This document shows positions 10,047 to 19,312 of a stretch of DNA of 64,000 nucleotides, piece after piece (within the stretch, counting starts at the first letter, position 1; each line of letters begins with the position of its first letter). Source of the stretch: an uncultured Candidatus Saccharibacteria bacterium (GTDB lineage: Bacteria; Patescibacteriota; Minisyncoccia; CAIUEV01; JAHKAQ01); the NCBI GenBank assembly GCA_964598205.1, contig CAZRBB010000001.1, positions 28,199 to 92,198 of the forward strand, given 5' to 3'. The notes beneath the pieces were generated by a model. That model saw nothing but the letters and a program-made list of their open reading frames with translations, searched no databases and was not told the origin of the DNA. Position numbers and translations under genes: made by a program.

Positions 10047-10670
10047 ATGAGAGAACAACAGGAACAACAACCAGTATTACCAGAAGAATCCAAGATTGCT
10101 TCAGCCAACTTCGAATCCTGGAACGACACCTTGCAAACTAAGGACCCCGAAAAAGTAGCGGCGCTTTATTCTGATGATGCCACTTTTCTTCCAACTGTTT
10201 CTGGAAAATTTATGAAAGGCAAGGATGGAGCGGCGGAATATTTTGAACATTTTTTGAAGAAAGATCCTAGCGGTCGGGTTATTGAAGAAAAAATAATCAC
10301 CTTGGAACCAGGATGCTACCTTCATTCTGGAAAATATAATTTCCAAGTTGGTCCGGCGGATAATCGGCAAGTGGTAGAAGCCGAATTTTCTTTTGTTTGG
10401 ATGAAAGATAGTAATGATGATTGGAAAATAATTCATCATCATTCATCAATGGCTCCAGAAAAAGAAGACCAAAGAGAGGCGTGGGAGCGACTTCTCCAGG
10501 AAAGCTCAGCCCAAGAAACCGCCGAAGAAGCAACTCAAGAAATTTCCCCCAGCATTGCTCTTCATTCTGGGGTTTATAATAAAATTCGGTTTACTTTAGT
10601 AGAAAGGAAAAGCGAAGAGGGGGGAATAGAAATTTTGCATCGTCATTTATCACCTAGACCAGAAGCTTAG
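10047..10670 (+). CDS. NTF2-like protein (SgcJ/EcaC, CaMKII association-domain-like)
   Basis: FESWNDTL..VAALYSDDATFLPTVS..YFEHFL..HSGKYNF..WKIIHHHSSM. Confidence 0.8.
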   Translation: MREQQEQQPVLPEESKIASANFESWNDTLQTKDPEKVAALYSDDATFLPTVSGKFMKGKDGAAEYFEHFLKKDPSGRVIEEKIITLEPGCYLHSGKYNFQVGPADNRQVVEAEFSFVWMKDSNDDWKIIHHHSSMAPEKEDQREAWERLLQESSAQETAEEATQEISPSIALHSGVYNKIRFTLVERKSEEGGIEILHRHLSPRPEA

Positions 10671-10729
10671 AACTATCTCCTAAGAAACCTCTTTTGGAAA
10701 AGAATAAAAAAAATCAGCGAAAAATTCCA

Positions 10730-11401
10730 ATGGCAAATAAAAAATTTGCCGGTGAAGAGAAAGTTTCGCTAAGTTTTTGGTCTGGCGAAAGAGAAAAGAA
10801 AATGATTGCCCAGATTCTTCCTTTAATTCCTAGCTGGATTAAAGGCTGTCACTTTACTCTTTTAAGCCTTCCTATTTCCCTAGGAGTTGTCTTTTCTTAT
10901 TATCTTGCAGAAGGAAATAGGAACTTTCTCTGGGTTGCCTCTCTTTTTATAATTGCGCAATGGATTTCTGATTCCCTAGATGGTGCATTAGGAAGATTTC
11001 GAGATGAAGGGCATTGTCTTTGGGGATTCTATATGGATCATTTTTTTGATTTTTTGTTTTTAGTGTCTATTGTTTTGGGCTATTCTTTCTTGTTTAATGG
11101 ACCTCATAAAGTATTAGTTCTGCTTTTTATTCCTGTCTTGGCAAGTTTTATGCTCAGCTCTGTCCTGTCTTTTGGAATAACACGAACATTCAATGTTGTT
11201 TATTTTGGCGTTGGCCCTACTGATCTTCGATTCATGACCGTGGTATTAAATATTTTGATTTTTTATTTTGGTGTTGATTTTTTAAAAGGGGGAATAATTT
11301 GGGGTCTTGTGGTTGTTGTATTTTTTCTAATAATCTTTGTTTACCGATCCCAGAGGGAAATACTGGAGTTAGAAAAAAAGAGTTACAATAAAAATTGCTG
11401 A
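10730..11401 (+). CDS. CDP-alcohol phosphatidyltransferase family protein
   Basis: DSLDGALGR...GFYMDHFFD matches the family signature. Confidence 0.85.
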   Translation: MANKKFAGEEKVSLSFWSGEREKKMIAQILPLIPSWIKGCHFTLLSLPISLGVVFSYYLAEGNRNFLWVASLFIIAQWISDSLDGALGRFRDEGHCLWGFYMDHFFDFLFLVSIVLGYSFLFNGPHKVLVLLFIPVLASFMLSSVLSFGITRTFNVVYFGVGPTDLRFMTVVLNILIFYFGVDFLKGGIIWGLVVVVFFLIIFVYRSQREILELEKKSYNKNC

Positions 11402-11423
11402 ATTATTTTTTAAAGCATTCGTT

Positions 11424-12191
11424 ATGGATTTTTTGTATGCAATTATCTTAGGCTTAGTAGAGGGAGTGACGGAATTTCTCCCGATTTCTTCTACGGGGCA
11501 TATGATTTTAGTTTCCACTTTCTTGCCTCTAAAAGATAAAGAATTCTGGAAAACTTTTGAAATAGCCATTCAATTAGGGGCTATTTTAGCAATAGTCTTT
11601 TTATATGCTGGTCGTTTGTTAAAAAATTGGGAGATTTATAAAAAAATAACTGCTGCTTTTATTCCGGCAGCGGTTGTTGGTTTTATCTTCTATAAATTAA
11701 TTAAGGGCTATCTTTTTAGTCCCCTAGTCGTTTCTTTGTCGCTGATTATTGGTGGGGTAATCCTGCTTTTTGTAGATAAAAAAATGGCCAAAAATATTAG
11801 CGAATACAAAGAAACGGAAAACATTTCTTATCTTCGGGCTTTTTTGATTGGCCTGTTTCAGGCTATAGCAGTGGTTCCCGGCGTATCTCGTGCTGGGGCA
11901 ACTATTGTTGGCGGTTTATTTAATGGCTTTAGCAGAAAACAAGCAGTGGAATTTTCTTTTCTTCTAGCTGTTCCTACCATGATTGCCGCTTCGGGGTATG
12001 ATCTATTAAAAACGCCACTTGAGCTTACGGGTCATCATTTTTTAATTATTGGGGTTGGAGTCTTAACCGCTTTTGTTTCGGCTTTTTTTACGGTTAAATT
12101 TTTTATTTTATTTTTAGAAAAATATAGTTTTACTTTTTTTGGTTGGTACCGGATCCTATTAGGATTGGTTTTCTTGAGGCTTCTTTTATAG
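11424..12191 (+). CDS. uppP: Undecaprenyl-diphosphatase
   Basis: GLVEGVTEFLPISSTGH, IQLGAILA, PGVSRAGATI. Confidence 0.95.
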   Translation: MDFLYAIILGLVEGVTEFLPISSTGHMILVSTFLPLKDKEFWKTFEIAIQLGAILAIVFLYAGRLLKNWEIYKKITAAFIPAAVVGFIFYKLIKGYLFSPLVVSLSLIIGGVILLFVDKKMAKNISEYKETENISYLRAFLIGLFQAIAVVPGVSRAGATIVGGLFNGFSRKQAVEFSFLLAVPTMIAASGYDLLKTPLELTGHHFLIIGVGVLTAFVSAFFTVKFFILFLEKYSFTFFGWYRILLGLVFLRLLL

Positions 12192-12221
12192 AGGCACTAA
12201 AAATTATTTTTAATCAAAAAA

Positions 12222-12902
12222 TTGTTAAAAAAAACACATACTATAATTATCTCCGATTTGCATTTAGGGTCTTCGGTTAGTCAGCCCCTAAAGATTTTAG
12301 CAATGCTTAAGAGTTTTTCTTTTAGAAAGTTGATTCTGTTAGGAGATGTCTTTGATAGTTTGAATTTTAGAAAATTATCCAAAGACGCTTGGACACTCTT
12401 AAACTATATCGGAGAAATATCTAAAACCAATAAAGTAAGATGGGTAGAAGGCAACCATGATGAAGGGTTGTCTGATCTTTTTAGTGCTCTAATAGGAGCA
12501 CAGGTCTATAAAGAATATTCTTGGCAATATAAGCAGAAAAAATACCTGGCAATTCATGGCCATCAGTTCGATCGATTTTTAGTAGACAATGTTTTTTTAA
12601 GTCAGGCCGCTTCTCATGTTTATAGCTTTATTCAAAAAATAGATTACTCCCAAGACCAAAAAATCAGTCGTTTTGTAAAAAGAAGTAGCAAAGGATGGCT
12701 TAGGCTTTCGGCCAAGGTAACTAGAGAAGCTATTATTCATGGGGATAAAATGGGGGCGGACTATGTTTTTTGTGGACATACTCATAAAAGCTTGTTTAAA
12801 ACAAAAACCACTCCCCAATATTACAATTGCGGTTGTTGGACAGACATTCCCTGTTCCTTTATTTCTATAGATGAGAAAGAAATTAATCTTCTTAAATACT
12901 AG
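12222..12902 (+). CDS. Metallophosphoesterase (UDP-2,3-diacylglucosamine diphosphatase-like)
   Basis: SDLHLG, LLGDVFD, GNHD, HGHQFD, CGHTH, NCGCW. Confidence 0.85.
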   Translation: MLKKTHTIIISDLHLGSSVSQPLKILAMLKSFSFRKLILLGDVFDSLNFRKLSKDAWTLLNYIGEISKTNKVRWVEGNHDEGLSDLFSALIGAQVYKEYSWQYKQKKYLAIHGHQFDRFLVDNVFLSQAASHVYSFIQKIDYSQDQKISRFVKRSSKGWLRLSAKVTREAIIHGDKMGADYVFCGHTHKSLFKTKTTPQYYNCGCWTDIPCSFISIDEKEINLLKY

Positions 12903-12911
12903 GCCTATAAC

Positions 12912-12945
12912 AAAAAAAAAGAATGACCTTGGCCATTCTTTTTTT
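12912..12945. terminator. Bidirectional intrinsic terminator
   Basis: A9-GAATG..CATTC-T7 between convergent CDS and tRNA-Arg. Confidence 0.7.
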
Positions 12946-12951
12946 ATTCAG

Positions 12952-13025
12952 CGTCCCGGGCAGGAATTGAACCTGCGGCCTACGCGTTAGGAGTGCGTTG
13001 CTCTGTCCAGCTGAGCTACCGGGAC
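12952..13025 (-). tRNA. tRNA-Arg(CCT)
   Basis: Reverse complement GTCCCGGTAGCTCAGCTGGACAGAGCAACGCA-CT-CCT-AA-CGCGTAGGCCGCAGGTTCAATTCCTGCCCGGGACG. Confidence 0.93.
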
Positions 13026-13142
13026 ATATGCTTGGAAAGTATAACGATGGGAAGAGAAAGGTGCAAATTATTAAAATGCCAATTTGATTTTCTTTCTTTT
13101 AAAATGTAAATTACAAGGAATATCAAACAAAAAAATAAAAAT

Positions 13143-13415
13143 ATGGTAACTTCGATTTGCCAGAGTTGTGGTTTGCCTCTTACTAAGATTAGCAATAGAG
13201 GGACAATGAAAAGTGGTACAAGAAGCCATGATTATTGCCACTTTTGCTTTAGAGATGGATTTTTCACTAAACCGGGAACAACTTTGGAAGAAATGATTAA
13301 TCGCTCCGCTCTTTTTATGAGCGAAAAGAACAGAATAGACGAAAAAATGGCCCAAAAAATAGCTCAAAAAATCATCCCTCGACTAAAAAGATGGCAAGAT
13401 AAACCAGAAGAATGA
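13143..13415 (+). CDS. Putative zinc-ribbon protein
   Basis: ICQSCGLPL...DYCHFCFRDG...IPRLKRW. Confidence 0.8.
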   Translation: MVTSICQSCGLPLTKISNRGTMKSGTRSHDYCHFCFRDGFFTKPGTTLEEMINRSALFMSEKNRIDEKMAQKIAQKIIPRLKRWQDKPEE

Positions 13416-14350
13416 AAACTTTTTTTATTGATCAGTTAGCTCAAGCAGTTTGCAAAAAAGAAACAGTTCTTTGTCTTGGGCTGGACACTTCTTGGGAATA
13501 TTTACCTGATTTTTTGTTTAAAAATAAAAATCTTGGAGAAGAAAAAGAAGAAATTGCTGAGGCTATTTGGAAATTCAATCAAATTGTTATAGACGAAGCC
13601 TGTCCCTTTGTAGCCGCGGTAAAACCCAACATTGCCTTCTATGAAAAATATGGAAGCCTAGGTATAAAGGCATTAGAAAGAACAATCAATTATTCTCGGG
13701 AGAAGGGGCTTTTAGTTATTATTGATGCCAAAAGAGGGGATGGTGGCAAGACGGCCGCCGCTTATGCTGAAACTTTTCTGCCTCGACAATCTGGGAAAGA
13801 TAATTCCCCACTAGCCTGCGATGCCCTTACAATCAATGGATCAATCGGCAGTGCTTGCGTTAATGAATTCTTGAAGGTGATGGAAGAAGGGGGCGGTGGC
13901 TTTGTGCTTTGCAAAACTTCCTTTGTTCCTAATTCAGAAATAGAGTCAACTAAAATTGAAGGTAGCGAAAACTATCTTTGGATGAAACAAGCAGAACTAA
14001 TAAGGGAATGGGGAAAGAATTTGGTTGGAGAGTGTGGCTATTCTTCACTGGGCGCAGTGGTGGGTGCAACCTATCCCGAAGAAATGGAACAGGCAAGAAA
14101 AATAATGCCTCAAAACTGGTTTTTAGTGCCCGGTTATGGAGCCCAAGGCGGAGAAGCAATCTCGGCCGTTGTTGCGGTAGACAAATCTGGGCTTGGAGTT
14201 ATTGTTAATTCATCTCGCGGGATCGTTAAGAGCCATCTTCATCTTTCTTTAGCACTTTCTGAAGGTGATTTTAGAACATCAATCAGAAATGCGGCTCAAA
14301 AGTCTCAGCTTGAATTAGAAGAAGCCAGAAGAAAAGCAAGAAAGGATTGA
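13412..14350 (+). CDS. pyrF: Orotidine-5'-phosphate decarboxylase
   Basis: CLGLD, AVKPNIAFYE, DAKRGD, GAVVGAT, LVPGYGAQGG, NSSRGI. Confidence 0.93.
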   Translation: MKTFFIDQLAQAVCKKETVLCLGLDTSWEYLPDFLFKNKNLGEEKEEIAEAIWKFNQIVIDEACPFVAAVKPNIAFYEKYGSLGIKALERTINYSREKGLLVIIDAKRGDGGKTAAAYAETFLPRQSGKDNSPLACDALTINGSIGSACVNEFLKVMEEGGGGFVLCKTSFVPNSEIESTKIEGSENYLWMKQAELIREWGKNLVGECGYSSLGAVVGATYPEEMEQARKIMPQNWFLVPGYGAQGGEAISAVVAVDKSGLGVIVNSSRGIVKSHLHLSLALSEGDFRTSIRNAAQKSQLELEEARRKARKD

Positions 14351-14375
14351 CACGAACTGTTTCTTTGGTTATTCT
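14347..14375 (+). promoter_or_regulatory. Sigma70-type promoter upstream of 5S rRNA
   Basis: TTGACA-17 bp-TATTCT. Confidence 0.55.
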
Positions 14376-14501
14376 CCTTGCATGATTGGAGGAATGGAAA
14401 ATTTAAAGAGAAGCTTAAAACTGGCCGGATTGGTCTTTTTCATGACTCTTTCTTTAAGTATTTTATTCTTTTTTGTTCCCGCTTTTTAATTAAAGCCCAT
14501 A

Positions 14502-14613
14502 GTCTTGGCGGTTCAAGCGACAAGGAAACACCTGATCCCATCCCGAACTCAGAAGTTAAGCTTGTCTGCGCCGATGGTAGCGCTTTTGCGCAAGAGTAGG
14601 CCATCGCCAAGAC
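14502..14613 (+). rRNA. rrf: 5S rRNA (stand-alone)
   Basis: GTCTTGGCG/CGCCAAGAC helix I, CACCTGATCCCATCCCGAACTCAGAAGTTAAGC, GCCGATGGTAG...GAGTAGG. Confidence 0.95.
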
Positions 14614-14658
14614 CATGGGCTTTATTTGTTTCTGGAGTCCGGTTATAATCGAAGGGCT

Positions 14659-15429
14659 ATGCAAAGAAAAAACAAACAGTTAATCGTTGCTTTCTCTTAT
14701 TTAGCCATTTTTGTTCTCTTGGTGGTTTTTTTCCGCTTTCTTTTGGTAAAACCTTCTTGCTTTGATCAAAAGAAAAACGGAACAGAAGAAGATATTGATT
14801 GTGGAGGTTCTTGCGAGAGAGAATGTGATCCCAAAGTTTCTCTAGAAGCTATTAAAACAAGCGCCCCGATTCTCCTAAAAGACGGCAATCGCGTTGATGC
14901 AATTGCGGAAATGGATAATCCTAATTCTGGTCATGGGTTTCCTAATCTAAAATATACTTTAAAGTTTTATCAAGGGGACCAGTTGATAGGGGAGAGTTCT
15001 GGAAAAGCATATCTTCTACCCAAAGAAAAGAAAAATTTAATTGTTACTGGTATTTCTGTTGATGGAGAGCCAGATTCGGCCAAACTAGAACTAGTATCAG
15101 GTCAAGAAATGCCCTTTTCTGAACGGCAAAAACCAAAATTAGAAGTCTTAAATCTTAAATTTGGTCGGACAGAAGAAACAAGTACTTTCTTAGAAGCCAC
15201 TTTTCAATTAGCCAACAGAAGTCCTAATGATTTTTCTGTAGTCGACATAGAGGCAGTAGTCATGGACAGTCAAGGGCGGCCGATTGCTTTGAATAAAGGA
15301 AACCTAAACAATGTTCTTTCGGGTGATATCCGTGATTTTAGATTCTTTTGGCCCAACGAATTTTTGGGTCAGCCAGAAAGAGTGGAAATCAGAGCCCACT
15401 CTAATGTACTAGATTTAGAAAATCTCTAA
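14659..15429 (+). CDS. Hypothetical membrane-anchored protein with Cys motif and beta-sandwich-like domains
   Basis: N-terminal TM, SCFDQKKNGTEEDIDCGGSC motif, beta-strand-rich remainder. Confidence 0.65.
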   Translation: MQRKNKQLIVAFSYLAIFVLLVVFFRFLLVKPSCFDQKKNGTEEDIDCGGSCERECDPKVSLEAIKTSAPILLKDGNRVDAIAEMDNPNSGHGFPNLKYTLKFYQGDQLIGESSGKAYLLPKEKKNLIVTGISVDGEPDSAKLELVSGQEMPFSERQKPKLEVLNLKFGRTEETSTFLEATFQLANRSPNDFSVVDIEAVVMDSQGRPIALNKGNLNNVLSGDIRDFRFFWPNEFLGQPERVEIRAHSNVLDLENL

Positions 15430-15430
15430 G

Positions 15431-16540
15431 ATGAAGCTTGGTTTTCGGGGCGAAACTTTTGATTTTAAGCTTATTTTAAGCTCCCTAATCCTAATGGGAA
15501 TGGGTCTTTTGGCTATTTTTAGCGTCTCTTTCCGCGATCCTGGATTTAATAATTTTAAAAGGCAAGTTCTCTTTACTATTTTAGCTTTGATAATTTTTTT
15601 TATTGTTAGTCGTGTTAACTATGGGTTCTGTCTTAATTATTCTCGATTATTTTATTTTGGAGCCCTTTTTTTAATGGTGGCAGTTTTAATCTTTGGGAAA
15701 AGTATTCACGGTACTACTGGTTGGATCAGCTATGCTTCTTTTCATATTCAGCCGGTAGAAATTATGAAACTTTCAACTATTTTAATCTTGGCTAAATATT
15801 TTTCCAAGATCAGAATGGACGATAGAAATATTCGTCATATAGTCCTTTCTGGGATATATTGCTTAATTCCTATTTCGCTTGCCCTTCTTCAACCTGATTT
15901 TGGTTCGGCCGCAGTGATTGCTGGAATCTGGATTATACTTTTACTTTTTAAAGGGATTAAGAAAAAACATGCTTGGTTTCTTTTCGGATTAGCAATTTTC
16001 ATAATTTTACTTGGCTGGGCCTTCTTCTTAAAACCTTATCAAAAAGATAGAATTGTTTCTTTTTTAGATCTAAAGAAAGATCCCTCCGGCTCTGGTTACC
16101 ATGTTATTCAATCCATTACTGCTATTGGTTCTGGTGGGATTATGGGCAAGGGGCTAGGTTATGGTTCTCAGTCTCAGCTAAAATTTTTACCAGAAGCACA
16201 CACCGATTTTATTTACTCTGTTATTGGAGAAGAGCTTGGGTTTATTGGTTCTGGAATCCTAATAACCGCCTTTATTTTTCTCTTTTGGAGTATCTACGAA
16301 ACAGCCCGGAAAAGTATTGATAATTTTGGTCGTTTTCTTGCGGCTGGAACACTAGTTTTTTTCTTTTTACAGTTTGTTGTTAATGTTGGCATGAACATTG
16401 GCCTTGTTCCCGTAACCGGCCTACCTTTACCCTTAGTTTCTTATGGTGGAAGCGCCCTGTTAGTAGAAGCTTTTCTTTTAGGGGTTGTTTTCAGTATTAA
16501 TTCCTCTAGTAGAAAATTAGGAGGTTATTGGAGGGAATAA
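15431..16540 (+). CDS. rodA: Rod shape-determining SEDS protein RodA
   Basis: IQPVEIMK, LQPDFG, YQKDRI, GYHVIQSITAIGSGG, LPEAHTDFI, PLVSYGGS. Confidence 0.92.
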   Translation: MKLGFRGETFDFKLILSSLILMGMGLLAIFSVSFRDPGFNNFKRQVLFTILALIIFFIVSRVNYGFCLNYSRLFYFGALFLMVAVLIFGKSIHGTTGWISYASFHIQPVEIMKLSTILILAKYFSKIRMDDRNIRHIVLSGIYCLIPISLALLQPDFGSAAVIAGIWIILLLFKGIKKKHAWFLFGLAIFIILLGWAFFLKPYQKDRIVSFLDLKKDPSGSGYHVIQSITAIGSGGIMGKGLGYGSQSQLKFLPEAHTDFIYSVIGEELGFIGSGILITAFIFLFWSIYETARKSIDNFGRFLAAGTLVFFFLQFVVNVGMNIGLVPVTGLPLPLVSYGGSALLVEAFLLGVVFSINSSSRKLGGYWRE

Positions 16541-16613
16541 TTTTTTTAAAAGCACTTTCTTGACTGGTCATTGGGGAGTGTTAGTATTGAAAAGTTAATT
16601 ACTTTCTTCTAAA

Positions 16614-16964
16614 GTGATGGAACCAAAGAAAGCTGGGAATCATCTGCTACATACTCCAGAATTCTGTCCTAACTGCTCCAAGCGCTACAATGGGGCTAAG
16701 GCGAATGTTGTTGATGGACACGACGGCTTCCTGGTGATTCATGTCACTTGCCCTAATTGCCAAACTTCGGTAATATCCAGTATCTCCTTAACGGGAGCAG
16801 GTATTGCAGCCGTGGGAATGTTGACCGACTTAACCAAGGAGGACCTTGGTATCTTAAGAAGAAGGAAAACTGTTACCATAGACGATGCTATAGAAATGTA
16901 TGAATTTTTAAATCAACGAGCTTTTATTAATCCAGAAAAAAATGAAGCAACAAATCAAGATTGA
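16614..16964 (+). CDS. Conserved hypothetical protein with two CxxC motifs
   Basis: CPNC...HVTCPNC, downstream LTDLT..D...TIDD. Confidence 0.7.
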   Translation: MMEPKKAGNHLLHTPEFCPNCSKRYNGAKANVVDGHDGFLVIHVTCPNCQTSVISSISLTGAGIAAVGMLTDLTKEDLGILRRRKTVTIDDAIEMYEFLNQRAFINPEKNEATNQD

Positions 16965-17625
16965 AGCGAAAAAAAGAGAAACTACAAGTAAAAATGTTTC
17001 CCAAATAAGACTAGATGGTTCGGTGCCAGGAGTGGTTTATGGTTTAAAAACAAAACCGATCTCCTTGTTTTTTGATAGAAAACAAACCGATTTAGTTCTA
17101 CATTTTGCCGAAAAGGCCTCTATCTTTCCTCTTGTAATTGAAGGGGAAGAAAAAGAGAGGAATGTCTTAATCAAAGAGCTACAATTCGACAAGTTAACAG
17201 AAAGATTAGTTCATTTTGATTTTTACGAAGTAGACATGAAAAAAGAAATAGAAACAGAAGTGCCCCTAAGATTTATTGGCTTAGCAATGGCTGTTAAAGA
17301 TTTGGGAGGAGTTTTGGTAAAGAACATAGACGAAGTAAGCATTAAATGTTTACCTACCCACTTGCCAGAAGAAATTGTGGTAGATATTTCTATATTAAAG
17401 AATTTTGAAGACATTATCTTAATAAAAGACCTAAAAATTTCCGAAGGAGTAGAAATTTTGAACGGCGGAGAAGAAGTTGTGGCTAAAGTTTCCGCTCCTC
17501 GATCTGAAAAAGAAATGGAAGAATTAAATGAAGAAGTTGAGGGAGATGTTTCAAAGGTTGAAGGAGTGGCAGACAAAGCCCTAGAACCAGCAGAAGGGGA
17601 GACCGGAGACAAAGAAAAGAAATAA
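16942..17625 (+). CDS. rplY: 50S ribosomal protein L25 (Ctc-type)
   Basis: VPGVVYG, HFDFYEV, EVPLRFIG..AVK.LGG, acidic tail. Confidence 0.92.
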   Translation: MKQQIKIEAKKRETTSKNVSQIRLDGSVPGVVYGLKTKPISLFFDRKQTDLVLHFAEKASIFPLVIEGEEKERNVLIKELQFDKLTERLVHFDFYEVDMKKEIETEVPLRFIGLAMAVKDLGGVLVKNIDEVSIKCLPTHLPEEIVVDISILKNFEDIILIKDLKISEGVEILNGGEEVVAKVSAPRSEKEMEELNEEVEGDVSKVEGVADKALEPAEGETGDKEKK

Positions 17626-17689
17626 ACAAAGAAAGAGACGCCCCAAACACTTTGGTTGTTCGCTGAGTATTCGGTTATAATGAACAATC

Positions 17690-19063
17690 ATGAAGAGGCG
17701 TCTTTTTTTTCTCTATAAATTAGCAATTGTTTCTCTGACTTTCCTTTTTTGGACAAGGTTTTTTCCTTTTACTGTGACCAAAGCAGTAGAAAGCTCGACT
17801 GGGACCAACTCTGTGACTAGTAGTTCCGAGGAAAGCGATGCCCAAAAGGAAAAGGAGATAGAAGATAAAAAGGCAGAACTTAAAAGAGCAGAAGAAAGAG
17901 CCAAGGATTACGAAGCAAGAACTCTTATTCTAAGCAATGAAGCCACTTCTCTTGAATCAGCCCTAGGAGAAATAGAAGAGAGGATAAGGAGAACAGAAGA
18001 AGCCCTTTTAAAAACTCAAAAAGAGATAGACAAGGTACAAGGAGAGATTGAAACAAATCAGGGAGAAATTTTTCAAAAAGAAAAGAGCTTAAAAAGCAAA
18101 AGAGTGATTTTGGCTGAATTTATAAAGAATATTCACCGAGTTTCCGATAAATCTTTTCTGGAAGCTTTGCTTTCTACCGATAGTATTGGGGAATATTTTC
18201 AGGAAATAGCTTATTTAAATAAAGTTTCTACCGAGGTAAAGGAAATTTATGATGAATTAAAAATAGAAAAAAAAGGCTTAATTATAGAAAAGGAAAAGCT
18301 AGAAGTTAAAAGCCAGGGGCAAGCCAATCTTAAAATAATGCAGGAGCAGCAAAGAAAATATTTAGAGAAAGATAAAAATCAAAAGGACTCTCTTTTAAAA
18401 GAAACTCAGGGAAAGGAGATTCTTTATCAAAAACTCTTAACAGAGAAAAAAGAACAAATTGTGAAAATAACAGAGGAGATTACAAGCTTACAAAGCTTAG
18501 GCGAATCGATTAATTTTGAAGAAGCGATAGTTGCGGCCCGCTTTGCCTCAGAGAAAACGGGAGTCAGGGTTCCTTATCTGCTAGGAGTTCTAAGAGTGGA
18601 ATCCAATATGGGGAATAATGTTGGCGGTGGTCGTTACCAAACAGATATGCACAAAGCGCAAAGAGAGATTTTTGAAGAAATATGCGCCAAATTGGATTAT
18701 GACCCCAAGAAAATGCCAGTTTCTAAAAAGCCTTGCTACAAAGACAAGGATGGTAATTGTGGTGGCTGGGGCGGAGCAATGGGGCCAGCACAATTTATGC
18801 CATCGACTTGGAGGGGCTATGAAAAAAAGATTATGCAAGTCCTGGGAACAGATAGTCCTGATCCCTGGAATCTAAGACACGCCTTAGTAGCAATGGGGTT
18901 AAAATTAGCTAAAGTTGACGGAGTACTAAAAGGTTCACGGGAAGCGGAAAAAAAAGCCGCCAATATTTATTTGGCCGGTAGTAACTGGGAGAATTTTACT
19001 TGGTATGGAGATCGAGTAATGCAGTTTGCCGATGTCTTTGAGGAAAAAATAAAAAACAATTAA
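17690..19063 (+). CDS. Coiled-coil lytic murein transglycosylase
   Basis: Signal/TM, long coiled coil, LRVESNMG, GAMGPAQFMPSTW, PDPWN. Confidence 0.85.
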   Translation: MKRRLFFLYKLAIVSLTFLFWTRFFPFTVTKAVESSTGTNSVTSSSEESDAQKEKEIEDKKAELKRAEERAKDYEARTLILSNEATSLESALGEIEERIRRTEEALLKTQKEIDKVQGEIETNQGEIFQKEKSLKSKRVILAEFIKNIHRVSDKSFLEALLSTDSIGEYFQEIAYLNKVSTEVKEIYDELKIEKKGLIIEKEKLEVKSQGQANLKIMQEQQRKYLEKDKNQKDSLLKETQGKEILYQKLLTEKKEQIVKITEEITSLQSLGESINFEEAIVAARFASEKTGVRVPYLLGVLRVESNMGNNVGGGRYQTDMHKAQREIFEEICAKLDYDPKKMPVSKKPCYKDKDGNCGGWGGAMGPAQFMPSTWRGYEKKIMQVLGTDSPDPWNLRHALVAMGLKLAKVDGVLKGSREAEKKAANIYLAGSNWENFTWYGDRVMQFADVFEEKIKNN

Positions 19064-19160
19064 AAAATTTGTCAGAATAAAAGAAATCGTTATTATGGAC
19101 AAGGGCAGTCTTAAATACCTTTATGGACAAAGGCATTTAAAGATTCCTCATTATTTTAAA

Positions 19161-19237
19161 GCCGGCATAGCTCAGTTGGTTAGAGCAACTGTTTTGTAAA
19201 CAGTAGGTCGTCGGTTCGAATCCGACCGCCGGCTCCA
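19161..19237 (+). tRNA. tRNA-Thr(TGT)
   Basis: GCCGGC acceptor, ACTGT-TT-TGT-AA-ACAGT, GGTTCGAATCC, ends TCCA. Confidence 0.96.
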
Positions 19238-19255
19238 AATATGTAAGCTCGTTAG

Positions 19256-19292
19256 ATATTAAAAAGCGGTCCCAAAGACCGCTTTTTAATAT
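19256..19292. terminator. Bidirectional intrinsic terminator
   Basis: ATATTAAAAAGCGGTC-ccaaa-GACCGCTTTTTAATAT between convergent tRNA-Thr and hup. Confidence 0.85.
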
Positions 19293-19312
19293 TCGAAAAC
19301 TGTTTTCTAAGA

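Noticed and set aside
3522-13025. Integrated element bounded by tRNA-Ser and tRNA-Arg
   Set aside because: No integrase, no duplicated tRNA 3' end seen, and the interval includes ordinary genes such as uppP.
14378-14664. Short ORFs on both strands around 14.4-14.66 kb
   Set aside because: They overlap the 5S rRNA; spurious.
17632-17707. Long-range pairing AAAGAGACGCC/GGCGTCTTTTT enclosing the transglycosylase start codon
   Set aside because: Single instance with a large, poorly paired interior; cannot be distinguished from chance or a loose terminator.
19093-19135. 15-bp direct repeat TTATGGACAA(G/A)GGCA upstream of tRNA-Thr
   Set aside because: Only two copies 28 bp apart; not a CRISPR array, and two mismatches from a DnaA box. 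No function can be supported.
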